Shown here: piece by piece, positions 16,565-26,157 of the stretch | How positions within the stretch are numbered: the first letter of the stretch is position 1 | Layout: every line of letters starts with the position of its first letter | Virus record (IMG/VR): IMGVR_UViG_3300031833_000016 | Span: 1-31,592 of that record | Direction: 5' to 3' (one strand) | Origin: a virus | Lineage: Duplodnaviria; Caudoviricetes | Length of the DNA: 31,592 bases | Made by a program: the position numbers and the translations under genes | The notes under the pieces: model-generated | Seen by the model: only the letters and a program-made list of their open reading frames with translations | Databases searched by the model: none | Told to the model about the DNA's origin: nothing

Positions 16565-16762
16565 ATGGCCACTCCCGCTCCTGCGCAGCAGGGCTACAGC
16601 ACCCGGTGGTGGTTCCTGTTCCGCATTTTCATGCTGGTCAGTGCCGTCTGTTTCCTGTTCTCCGCGCTCACCTTCGGCGGCCACAGGATTCTGTCCGCCA
16701 ACGGCTACGAGTGGCTGGCGGCCGGGTTCGCGGCCTGGGCGTTCGCCTGGGCGGTGCCGTGA
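16565..16762 (+). CDS. Small two-TM membrane protein (possible holin)
   Basis: 65 aa with two hydrophobic helices. Confidence 0.55.
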   Translation: MATPAPAQQGYSTRWWFLFRIFMLVSAVCFLFSALTFGGHRILSANGYEWLAAGFAAWAFAWAVP

Positions 16763-16812
16763 CGGTGCCGATGGCACCGGGTAAATCCGCCTAGAGCCCC
16801 CGGAGGGCCGCC

Positions 16813-17490
16813 ATGGCCGAATCAGAGCTGGACAGGCTCGACCCAGAGCCGGTCATCGTCAAGATGTCTACCGGGTTCGCTGTCGAGGTGGTCCGGCTGC
16901 GGACCCGGCAGTTTTTTCGCCTGCTGCGGGTGCTGACCAACGGCGCCGGCCCGGCCATGATGCAGGCCGGGCTCAACTTCCGCGACAACCCGGACGACTT
17001 CACCCAGAAGTTCCTGATGCTGGTGCTGATGAGCATCCCGGATGCCGAGCAGCAGGCCATCATGTTCCTCCAGTCGATGCTCAAGCCGGCCGGGCTGGCC
17101 GACAAGCCGGACAGCCAGCTGACCAAGCAGCAGAAGGAAGACAACCAGGGGCTGTGGGACCGGTTTAACGAGGAGCTGTTCAACCCCGAGCTGACCGACA
17201 CCATCGACCTGATCGAGGTGATGGTCCGGCAGGAGGCTCCGGAGCTGCAGGCCCTGGGAAAACGGCTGCAGGCCATGATGGCGGTGTTTCAGAAGACGGG
17301 CCAGGACCAGGAGCCGCCGGAGCCGGAGCCGAGCGTGCAGGACCTGGCCTCGCAGGGGCCTTCGCCAGCGCCTTCGACATCATCTCCAGCGAGTACGGAT
17401 GGCGAGACGAGGACATCTTCGACCTCTCCCTCGGACGCCTCCGGCAGGTCGTCGAGGCCATCGGAGTCCGCCGGCAGCGTGAGCACCTGA
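16813..17490 (+). CDS. Tail assembly chaperone (G-like)
   Basis: SD GGAGG; between major tail and tape measure; contains slippery G GGA AAA. Confidence 0.8.
   Translation: MAESELDRLDPEPVIVKMSTGFAVEVVRLRTRQFFRLLRVLTNGAGPAMMQAGLNFRDNPDDFTQKFLMLVLMSIPDAEQQAIMFLQSMLKPAGLADKPDSQLTKQQKEDNQGLWDRFNEELFNPELTDTIDLIEVMVRQEAPELQALGKRLQAMMAVFQKTGQDQEPPEPEPSVQDLASQGPSPAPSTSSPASTDGETRTSSTSPSDASGRSSRPSESAGSVST
17256..17262 (+). other. Programmed -1 ribosomal frameshift site GGGAAAA
   Basis: X XXY YYZ heptamer in correct phase (CTG GGA AAA); the -1 frame is open to TGA 17849. Confidence 0.85.
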
Positions 17491-17849
17491 TCCGCCTGCG
17501 GCTGGCCGAGTGGCAGGTCAAGACGGTGTGCATCTTCATCGGGGCGCAGGCGATGGTTGACACGGACAAGACCGGCGGGCGCAACCCGCTGGTCGATGCC
17601 GCGCTGGCCATCGACGCGCTCGGCGGCCGGACCGCGGAGGAGCTGGAGCTGGACGCCATCCGCGGGGAGCGGGTGGCCGACCGGGTCGAGGACGATCCGC
17701 GGTTCGCCCCGCAGCCCGCCGACCCGGAGCACGGCGTGGAGGCGAGCAACGCCGACGGCAGCTTCGAGCGTCTGATGCAGCTCATGGGGGGCGGCTCCAG
17801 GCCGCCCATGCCGGACATCAACAGCCGCGTCAACGGGGACGGGGGGTGA
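17256..17849 (+). CDS. Tail assembly chaperone frameshift extension (T part of G-T fusion)
   Basis: -1 frame encodes protein-like AFDIISSEYGWRDEDIFDLSLGRLRQVVEAI... continuous with ORF 17526..17849. Confidence 0.8.
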   Translation, partial: GKTAAGHDGGVSEDGPGPGAAGAGAERAGPGLAGAFASAFDIISSEYGWRDEDIFDLSLGRLRQVVEAIGVRRQREHLIRLRLAEWQVKTVCIFIGAQAMVDTDKTGGRNPLVDAALAIDALGGRTAEELELDAIRGERVADRVEDDPRFAPQPADPEHGVEASNADGSFERLMQLMGGGSRPPMPDINSRVNGDGG

Positions 17850-17877
17850 GGCCGTGCGCTCGTGCGTAGTAATAAGC

Positions 17878-18612
17878 ATGCTGAAACTTTCAGATGCTCA
17901 GGTCGCTGAAATCAGGCAGCTCTGGCTGGCTGGTGGTATCTACCAGCACGAGCTTGCTGCTCGGTTCGGCGTCTCGCAGGCCCTGATAAGCCACATTGTT
18001 CGCGGGCAGTTGCATGTCAAGCCCCGTGGGCGGAATCGGCCGCCTGGGGGCCGGATCACCGAGGAGGGCCGGGAGTGCTCGCGGTGTCAGGTCTTCAAAT
18101 CCTGGGCCGAGTTCTCTCCGCTCCGTCAGTCCAGGCTGACCGGTCATCAGTCGGCCTGTAAATCCTGCCGGAATGTCAAGACCAAGGAGGCTGTAGCGAA
18201 AGATCCAGGGGCGAAGCGTCTTGCTGCCTGGGCGTCGTACCTCGTGAGGAAGTACGGCATTACTGCAGAGCAGTACGCCTGGCTGGCGGAGCGGCAGGGA
18301 CACAAGTGCGCGCTCTGCCTGCAACCGGAGACCCAGCGACGGCGTGTCGACCGGCACGGCATTGTCCGGGTGGTAGATCGCCTGGGCGTGGATCATGATC
18401 ATTCCTGCGATCGGCACGGGCTGACTCAGGCCTGCATCTGGTGCATACGCGGCCTGCTCTGCGATGACTGCAACCGGCTGCTCGGGTTCGCCGAGGCTAA
18501 GCCGCTTGTAGCTGTCCGGTTCGCTGATTACCTGGGCATGCGCCCCTTCTTGACGGAGGGAGGTGGTGCCCGAATGCAATACTCAGAGGCTGTGGGCGTG
18601 AATAATGCCTGA
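17878..18612 (+). CDS. Homing endonuclease: N-terminal HTH + Zn finger + endonuclease VII domain
   Basis: KLSDAQVAEIR...LAARFGVSQALISHIVRG; CSRC...CKSC; KYGITAEQY...Q...CALC...LGVDHDH...IRGLLCDDCN. Confidence 0.85.
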   Translation: MLKLSDAQVAEIRQLWLAGGIYQHELAARFGVSQALISHIVRGQLHVKPRGRNRPPGGRITEEGRECSRCQVFKSWAEFSPLRQSRLTGHQSACKSCRNVKTKEAVAKDPGAKRLAAWASYLVRKYGITAEQYAWLAERQGHKCALCLQPETQRRRVDRHGIVRVVDRLGVDHDHSCDRHGLTQACIWCIRGLLCDDCNRLLGFAEAKPLVAVRFADYLGMRPFLTEGGGARMQYSEAVGVNNA

Positions 18613-21600
18613 ATACAGCGGTCCTGAGTACTGGTTATCGCCTGGTATGTCATCTACAAGGCGATAGCTAGACCCTGATCAGCTGACTTCGGCGACCTCA
18701 TGCGGGACGCCAAGAAGGCCAAGGAAGCCCTGAAGGACATGGCCGACGCGGCCCGGGACGAGTCTGCGGCCGAGAAGACCGGCGCCGAGCAGGCGGCCCA
18801 GGCGCGCCGCCAGGACATCAGCGTCATCCGGGACCAGGGCCACGCGCTGGACCAGCTGGCCGCGTCGGCCAAGCAGAGCAACGTCCAGGCCCTGTACGGC
18901 GGCCGGTCGGACATGCAGCAGCACCTGGCCGACCTGGCCAAGGAGGAGCAGCTGCAGACGCTGCTCAACCGCGCGCGGAACATGGGCTTCACCACCCCGC
19001 AGCAGTACCAGGCCTACCGGCAGCAGCTGCTCGCGCTGGCGCTGAACGAGAACAAGGCCCGGTTCGGCGGGTACCTCACCCCGGACCAGTGGCTGACCTA
19101 CCTGCAGAAGGAGATCACGGCCACCAACCTGGAGACCGCCGCGATGAAGAGCCGGGCGGCGGCCATCCGGGACGAGACTTCCGCGATGCTGGAGTACGAT
19201 AACGCGGTCCAGGGCACTCACCAGTCGATCGGCCAGCTGGGCGAGGGCCTGTCCGCCGCCAACGCGTACGCCGCCGCGCTGACCGGCCTGCCGGACGTGG
19301 TGGTCACCCAGGCCGACTTCGACGCCAGCCGGGCGATGACCCAGCTGGCCATGTACCGGGCCGCGCTGATGGCGCTGCCGTCGGTGACCCGGCTGGCCAT
19401 CATGCCCGGGCAGCCGCCCGAGCCGGGGCCGCCCATCCCGATCGGCCCGCCCGAGCCGGGCGCGCTGCCGCCGCCGGACCGCCGGGCGCTGCCGCCGGGC
19501 ACCATGGGCGAGGGTCCGGGCTCCGGCTGGCGCACCGTCGGCGGCATCGAGGCGTTCATCGCCAGCGTGCTGCGCGCCGTCCAGGCCGCCGACCGGTACC
19601 AGGATGCCGAGGCGGGGCTGGCGTTCACGGTGCGCGGCCTGGACGGGGACCAGCGGTCGGCGGCGGCCAGCGCCTACCTGATCAGCCTGGCGCAGCGGGT
19701 GCTCGCGGACGACACGGGCAAGGCCACGGCCAGCATCGAGGAGCTGCGCGCGGCGTGGGCCAAGCTGACCGACGAGGAGCGGATCGCGCGCGCGGGCGGC
19801 GCGTTCGGCGCCCCGCCGCTGCCGCCCCGCGGGCCGCCCGGGCCGCCGGGGCTTCCGCCCGGGCCGCCGGAGCCGCCCGCCCTGCCGCCCGGGGGAGGGC
19901 CGGGGCCGGATGACGCCCGGGCGGCCGAGGCGTCGGCTGAGGCGATGGACCGGCTGCGCGGCGCGCAGGACGCCGAGGCCCAGTCCTCGGACCGCACCGC
20001 GCAGGAGTGGCTGCGGATGGCCGAGTCCGCGGATACCGCCACCCGCGCCGCGGCCTACGTCCGGGCCGCCGCCATCGCGGAGCGGCTGGCCCAGCAGCAG
20101 GCGGGGGACGCCGCGGAGAAGGCAGGACGGCAGGTCGAGGCCACCGTGCCGGGCCTGATCAAGGCGACCGGCGGCTGGTTCGGCCTGGCTGGCACGCTGA
20201 CCGTGTTCGGCGGGTTCATGGGCACCGTCGCGGTCTGGCACGTGGTCCTGGACGCCCTCATCGAGGCGGTGGCCATCCTCATCCCGGCCATCGTCACGCT
20301 GATCGCCGGGCTGGCCGCGTTCGGCCTGGCCGGCCTGGACGCGGGCAAGGCCGTCTACAACCGGCTCGTCGACGTCTACAACGTCAGCGATGCCTGGGGC
20401 GCCTCGCTGCCGCCGCTGACCGGCAAGCTGGAGAAGCTGCACGAGCAGGTCCGGCCGATGGTCTGGCAGCTGTACGGCGATGCGATCGACATCGTGACCA
20501 GCAAGAACGGCATCTTCAACAGGCTGGCCGTCGAGACCGGCCGCGAGGTGGACCGGCTGGCCGGCAAGCTCACCGTCTTCGTGGACCAGGCCAGCAAGGG
20601 ACTCGACAAGTTCTTCGCCGTCGGCGGCCAGAACCTGGCCCAGCTCGGCCGCATCCTGGCCAGCCTGGGCAACGCCTTCATGAACCTGATCCGGGTCACC
20701 CAGCAGACCCATATCGACCAGATTTTCCTGCAGATCCTGGTCGCTGCGTCCAAGCTCCTGGACATGCTCACCCGGCTGCCGACGCCGATCCTGGCGCTGA
20801 TCGTCGGCATCCACGGGCTGTGGCTGTGGGGCGGGCTGCTGGCCACGATCCTCTTGAGCCTGCTGAACCCGATCAAGTCGGTAGCGCTGGCGCTGGGCGG
20901 GCTGGCCGCCACCCAGGTGGCCAAGAACGCCTCGTCCTGGACCCGGCTGACCACCGTGCTCGGTGACATCGTGGCCGGGTTCGCCGCCATCCCGGGCCGC
21001 ATCACCGGCCTGCTGGTCTCGCTTGGCGTCCTCACCGGGGCCACCGATGCCGCCGCGGCCAGCGAGGACGGGCTGGCCGCCTCGGCCGGGGCAGCCGCCA
21101 TCGCCGAAGAGGCCGAGATGATGGCGACCGGGGAGCTGGCCGCCGCCGAGGTCGTGGCGACCGGGATGACGTTCAGCCTGGCCGGGGCGATGGGCGTGCT
21201 GCTGGCCGCGCTGCCTTACGCCGCCATCATCGCCGTGGTCGCCGCCATCGGCTTCTTCATCTACAAGGTGGCCACGGCCAAGGACACCACCCAGCAGTGG
21301 ATCGACTCGCTGAACGCCGGGCTCGGCAAGTCCGGCCTGGGCAACGTGATCGCCAATACCATCCAGAACCTGGCCGCGGTCACCCAGCAGCTGGCCGCCG
21401 TCCAGCACGGCGCCACCGGGAACGCCTCGGAGCTGTCCGCTGCGCAGGCCGACCTGAGCGGCAAGCTGCAGACCGAGCTGGGCCACGTCGGGCAGGTATC
21501 CAAGGCCTACGGCACCGACCTGGCCGGGGCGCTGGCCCTGCTCAACACTGCCGGGGTCAAGACCAGCGACCTGTTCACCAACCAGGCCAACGTGTGGGCT

Positions 21601-24600
21601 GCGGACCTGCAGCAGGTCAAGGGCCTGGTCGACGGCTACCGGAACATGGGCCAGGGGCTCACCCAGCTGCAGGGCGACGTGTCGGTGCAGATCATCCTGC
21701 AGTCCGACGCGCTGACCGCGATGAACAAGCTGAACCAGGCGTGGGACCAGTGGTTCACCATCGTGACCGGCGGCCAGACCGACCTGGTCAAGTTCCTGCA
21801 GACCTATCAGTCGCTCACCCAGCAGCAGCAGGTGGCCGGGGCCTCCACCTCCGGGCTGAACAGCCAGAGCCTGGCCCTGCGCAGCACCTACAACCAGCTG
21901 CTGCCGCAGGCCGAGAGCTACGTCGACTGGGTACGCACCCAGGCCGCGGTCACCCAGAGCGGCGAGTCCGGGCAGAAGCAGCTGACCCGGGCGGTGCGCG
22001 ACTACGCCGACATCCTCGGCCCGGCGGCCGGCGGCAACAAGGCGCTGCAGGACTCGGTGATCGCGCTCATCAACGAGGTCGACCCGAGCATCACCACCTG
22101 GCAGCAGGCCACCAAGTGGATGGGCAAGCAGGGCGCGGCCCAGGCCGCGGCCGACCTGAACACCCAGGCCACCCAGCTGGAGAAGCCGCTGTCCGACCTG
22201 CAGCAGGACGCCCAGAAGCTCGGCGCCTCCCTCCAGAACGACCTCGTGCCGGCCATGACCAACGCCACCAAGGGGGCGCTCGGCGCGCAGTCCAAGTTCA
22301 ACACCTTCTCCGATGACCTGTTCAAGTTCGGGCCGAACAGCCAGAAGACCATCGACGCCGCCGCCCAGGTGGCCTCGGTCCTGATCGCGATCGACGGGAA
22401 CAGCAAGAAGGCACACGACCAGTTCGTCGCCTGGGCCGGCACCATGGGCGTGACCCGGGACCAGGCCGAGCAGCTGTGGAAGTCCGCCACCAAGATCGGC
22501 TCGGCCAAGTACCAGCTGCAGGTCGAGGACAACATCAAGCACGTGCAGTCCAGGCTCGACGTGCTGCAGGCCGAGCTGGGCAAGACCACCGACCCGAAGA
22601 AGCGCAAGCTGATCGAGCTGGAGATCAAGTACGAGAAGGACAAGCTCGACCAGCTCAACGGGCAGCTGATCACCGCGGCCGGCAACGCGGGCAAGATCGA
22701 CAAGAACATCGCCGGGGCGGGCAACACGGCCGGCAAGCTGGCCCAGTCCAGCGTCTGGGCCCAGATCCGGGACAAGATCAGCTGGGCGCTGTCGCAGCCT
22801 ACCGGGATCTCCGAGATCGAGAAGTTCTTCACCAAGACCCTGCCCAACAGCTCCGCGGTGGGCAGCAAGTCGGCCGCCCAGCACTGGGCCGACAACTTCA
22901 ACCGCACCGTCGGCCGCGTCTTCACCAGCGACATCCCGCACTGGGCGACCACCGCCGCCGGCGCCGTCTCCGGCTCGTGGATCACCGGCTGGCACGGGTT
23001 CTACAACAACGTCCAGACCCCGGTGCACAACTTCTTCAACACCCAGATCCCGAGCTGGGCGGCCAGCGCGGGCGGGTTCCTGGGCCGCGACTTCTCCAGC
23101 TGGTACAACAGCTTCCACGGCAACTTCATCGTGTTCGTCGGCCGCGCCTTCATGAACCTGATCCCCGGCTGGATGGGCGGCGCGACCGCCGCCTGGGGAA
23201 AGAGCACCTCGGGGATGGCCCAGGGCTGGGCGAACAACGTCAACCGCACCGTCGGTCACTTCTTCACCTCGGACGTCCCGAACTGGGCCACCAGCTTCGG
23301 GTCCACGATGTGGTCGACCGGGGTGGGCATCTGGCACGGGTTCTACAACAACGTGCAGACCCCCATGCACACCTTCTTCAACACCACCATCCCGAACTGG
23401 CTGGGCGGCTTCGTCAGCGGGTCCGACAGCAGCGCGGTGTCGATCTGGCACGGGTTCTACAACAACGTCCAGACCCCGGTGCACAACTTCTTCAACACCC
23501 AGATCCCGAGCTGGCTGTCCGGGATGGTCGGGTTCTTCGCCGGCTCCTGGATCATGACCTGGCACGACTTCTACTCCTCGGTGTGGACCCCGTTCCACGA
23601 CTGGATCACCAAGACCCTCCCGAACTGGCTGTCCAGCGACCTGGTGCCCGGCTTCAAGCTGGCCTGGGACAACGTGTGGGGCGGCTTCAAGAACGCGGGC
23701 CGGGACGCCATCAACTGGGTCATCGACCACGTGATCAACCACGGGATCTTCGCCCTGATCAACGACGTGACCGGTGTCTTCGGGGTGCACATCCACGACA
23801 TCGGGCTGGTCAAGGCCTCCGGCGGCGACGTCCCCTTCGCCCGGATGGCCTCTGGCTCGGTGGCCGGCCCGAGCGCGGTGGACGGCACCCCGATCCTGGC
23901 CATGGGCGGGGAGTACGTGCTGCGCCAGTCGGCCCGGATGGCGCTGCAGTCCGCCTACGGCCCGGGCTTCCTGCCGATGCTCAACCAGGCGGACAGCTGG
24001 CTCGGCTCGGGCTCGCGCGGCATCGCCGCCTCGCAGCGCTACGCCCTCGGCGGCCAGGTCAACCCGGTCGGCCCCGGGCTGACCCCGGAGCGGGTCGACA
24101 TGGGCGTGGACTACGGTGGCTCCGGGCCGCTGTACGCGATCGGCTCCGGCACGATCAGGAACCTGTACAACAGCGGCTGGCCCGGCGGCACCTTCATCGA
24201 CCTCCAGCTCAACCCGTTCTTCGGCACCGGGTACTGGTACTACGCCGAGGACATCACCCCGGCCGTCAGCATCAACCAGGGCGTCTCCGCCGGGCAGCGG
24301 ATCGGCACCGCCTGGGGCGGCCCGTCCGGCATCGAGATCGGCTGGGCCTCCGGCGTCGGCGGGCAGACCGCCGCCGCCCGCGATGGCCAGGAGAACAAGC
24401 ACGGCGACCCGGGCGCGTTCCCGACCGCGTGGGGCGTGGCGGCCAGCAACCTGATCAAGTCGCTCGGCGGCCCGCCCGGCATCATCTCCGGCCCCGTCCA
24501 CGGCGGCACGCCGGGGTTCGGCGGGTTCGTCGGGGCCATCGAGGGCTTCCTCGACGGGGCCGGCAGCGCGCTGACCGGTGCGGGCCGCGCGCTCGCCGGG

Positions 24601-26157
24601 CTGATCGGCGGCTCGGCGTCCAGCATCCTCGCCCTGGCCCGCAAGGGCGCCCGGGCGCTGTTCGACGCGGCCTGGGGCCACACCGTCACCCCGATGCTGG
24701 GCCATCTGGGCGATGACGTCCCCGGCACCCTGGCCCAGCTGGCCGGCCACGAGATCAAGGCCGGGGTCGACAGCTGGCTGGGCCGCAAGGACTCCGCGGC
24801 GCAGGCCCAGTCGGCTGCGTCCGGCCTTCCGGGAGCGCCGCCCGCTGTCGGCCCGATCCAGCAGTACGCGAAGAAGCTGCTCGCTCAGTACGGCTGGTCG
24901 GGCCAGTGGTCGTCGTTCGACGCGCTGGAAATGCACGAGGCGGGATGGAATCCTACCGCCCAGAATCCGGCGTCGACCGCCTACGGGATTGGCCAGTTCC
25001 TGGACAGCACCTGGGCCACGGTCGGCGGCCACAAGACCAGCGACCCGTACCTGCAGCTGCAGTACATGATGGCGTACATCAAGCAGCGGTACGGGTCGCC
25101 GAACGCCGCGTGGGCACAGTATTTCAACCACCCGGGCGGCCAGGGATCATACGCCGGCGGCGGCCCGGTCCGCTCCGCGGGCCCGGCCTTCCCCGGCGGG
25201 CTGGACGCCGAGGACACCTGGCTGCAGTACTCCACCACGGTGCTGCCCAGCGCGGTGCGCTCGGAGATGGACGCCTTCTGGGGGCTGTTCGGGACCAAGC
25301 TGCCCAAGAAGACGTCGGCGAAGGACTGGGCGCAGTGGTACGCCGAGGAGCTGATCCTGGCTGCCCAGCAGCGCAAGACGATCGGCATGGGCACCGCCCC
25401 GGCCGGGGCCTACATGGCGCTGAGCGAGGACTTCGTGCGGCCCGAGGTGATCACGCCCGGGATGTGGTCCACGTTCGCCTCGCGGCTGAACACGCTGACC
25501 GCCTGGCAGGGCGGCCCCGGCGAGCCGGGCGGGTCCGACCCGCCGCGCTCGGCCTGGCATTACGAGACCCAGGGCAAGTGGCCCAAGGGGCAGCGCCCCG
25601 CGCCCGGCCGCATCCAGCCCAGCGGCTACCCCGGCTGGAAGCACCTGCACCCGCAGTGGATCAGGCTGCGGAACCGGCTGCTCGACCTCAAGGCCAAGGC
25701 CAAGGTCGCCTCCCAGGCGTGGAACGCGCTGTACGCCGGGGCCGGGCTGGCCGGCGGGGTGCCCGGGCCGGGCGCGGCGCCTCCCCCGGCGCCGCCGCCG
25801 TTCCCCGGGCTGGAGGCTGTCGTCACCATCGGCGGCCCGCCGGAGCCGGTCATCGGCTCGCCGCCCGACTCCGGCTACGGGTTTGCCGCGGGCGGCATCG
25901 CTGACGTCGCCGCGCTGTTCGCGCTGGGCGGCCCGGTGCCCGGCATCATGCCGCCGAGCCCGGCGCGGATGTTCAGCGGCAGCCCGTCCGGGTCCGAGTT
26001 CCCGCGCTCCCTGTCTGACGCCGGGGCGTCGGGCCGGGGGATCGGCTTCAACGTCGAGTCGATGACCATCAACAACCCGGTTGCCGAGGCGCCGAGTGAG
26101 TCGATCACCAGGGCGTCCAACCGGCTGGCGTTCCTGGCAGGGAGGGGGATGGCGTTA
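18605..26157 (+). CDS. Tape measure protein (~2500 aa) with M23-like and lytic transglycosylase domains; 5' end interrupted twice, 3' end at TTA
   Basis: Main ORF 18700 onward: Ala/Gly-rich helical protein, hydrophobic segments, W/F repeats, SLT motif MHEAGWNPTAQNPASTAYGIGQFL. Start 18605 and end 26157 are my inferred boundaries (see findings). Confidence 0.85.
22990..23514 (+). repeat. Three copies of a 69-bp coding repeat in the tape measure gene
   Basis: 22990-23058 and 23446-23514 identical; 23332-23400 diverged; encode WHGFYNNVQTP(V/M)H(N/T)FFNT(Q/T)IP(S/N)W. Confidence 0.9.

Noticed and set aside
4053-18612. Group I introns or inteins hosting the endonucleases
   Set aside because: All five lie between complete genes with very short flanks, leaving no room for a ribozyme core; no intein termini.
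22990-23514. CRISPR array or DGR template/variable repeat
   Set aside because: Repeats are in-frame coding, irregularly spaced, two are identical with no adenine-specific differences; no cas or reverse transcriptase gene in the window.
18679-25131. 2150-aa minus-strand ORF (also 27949..30747, 8751..10340 and many others)
   Set aside because: Antisense shadows of GC3-biased + strand genes; no motifs, no SD, fully overlapping well-supported genes.
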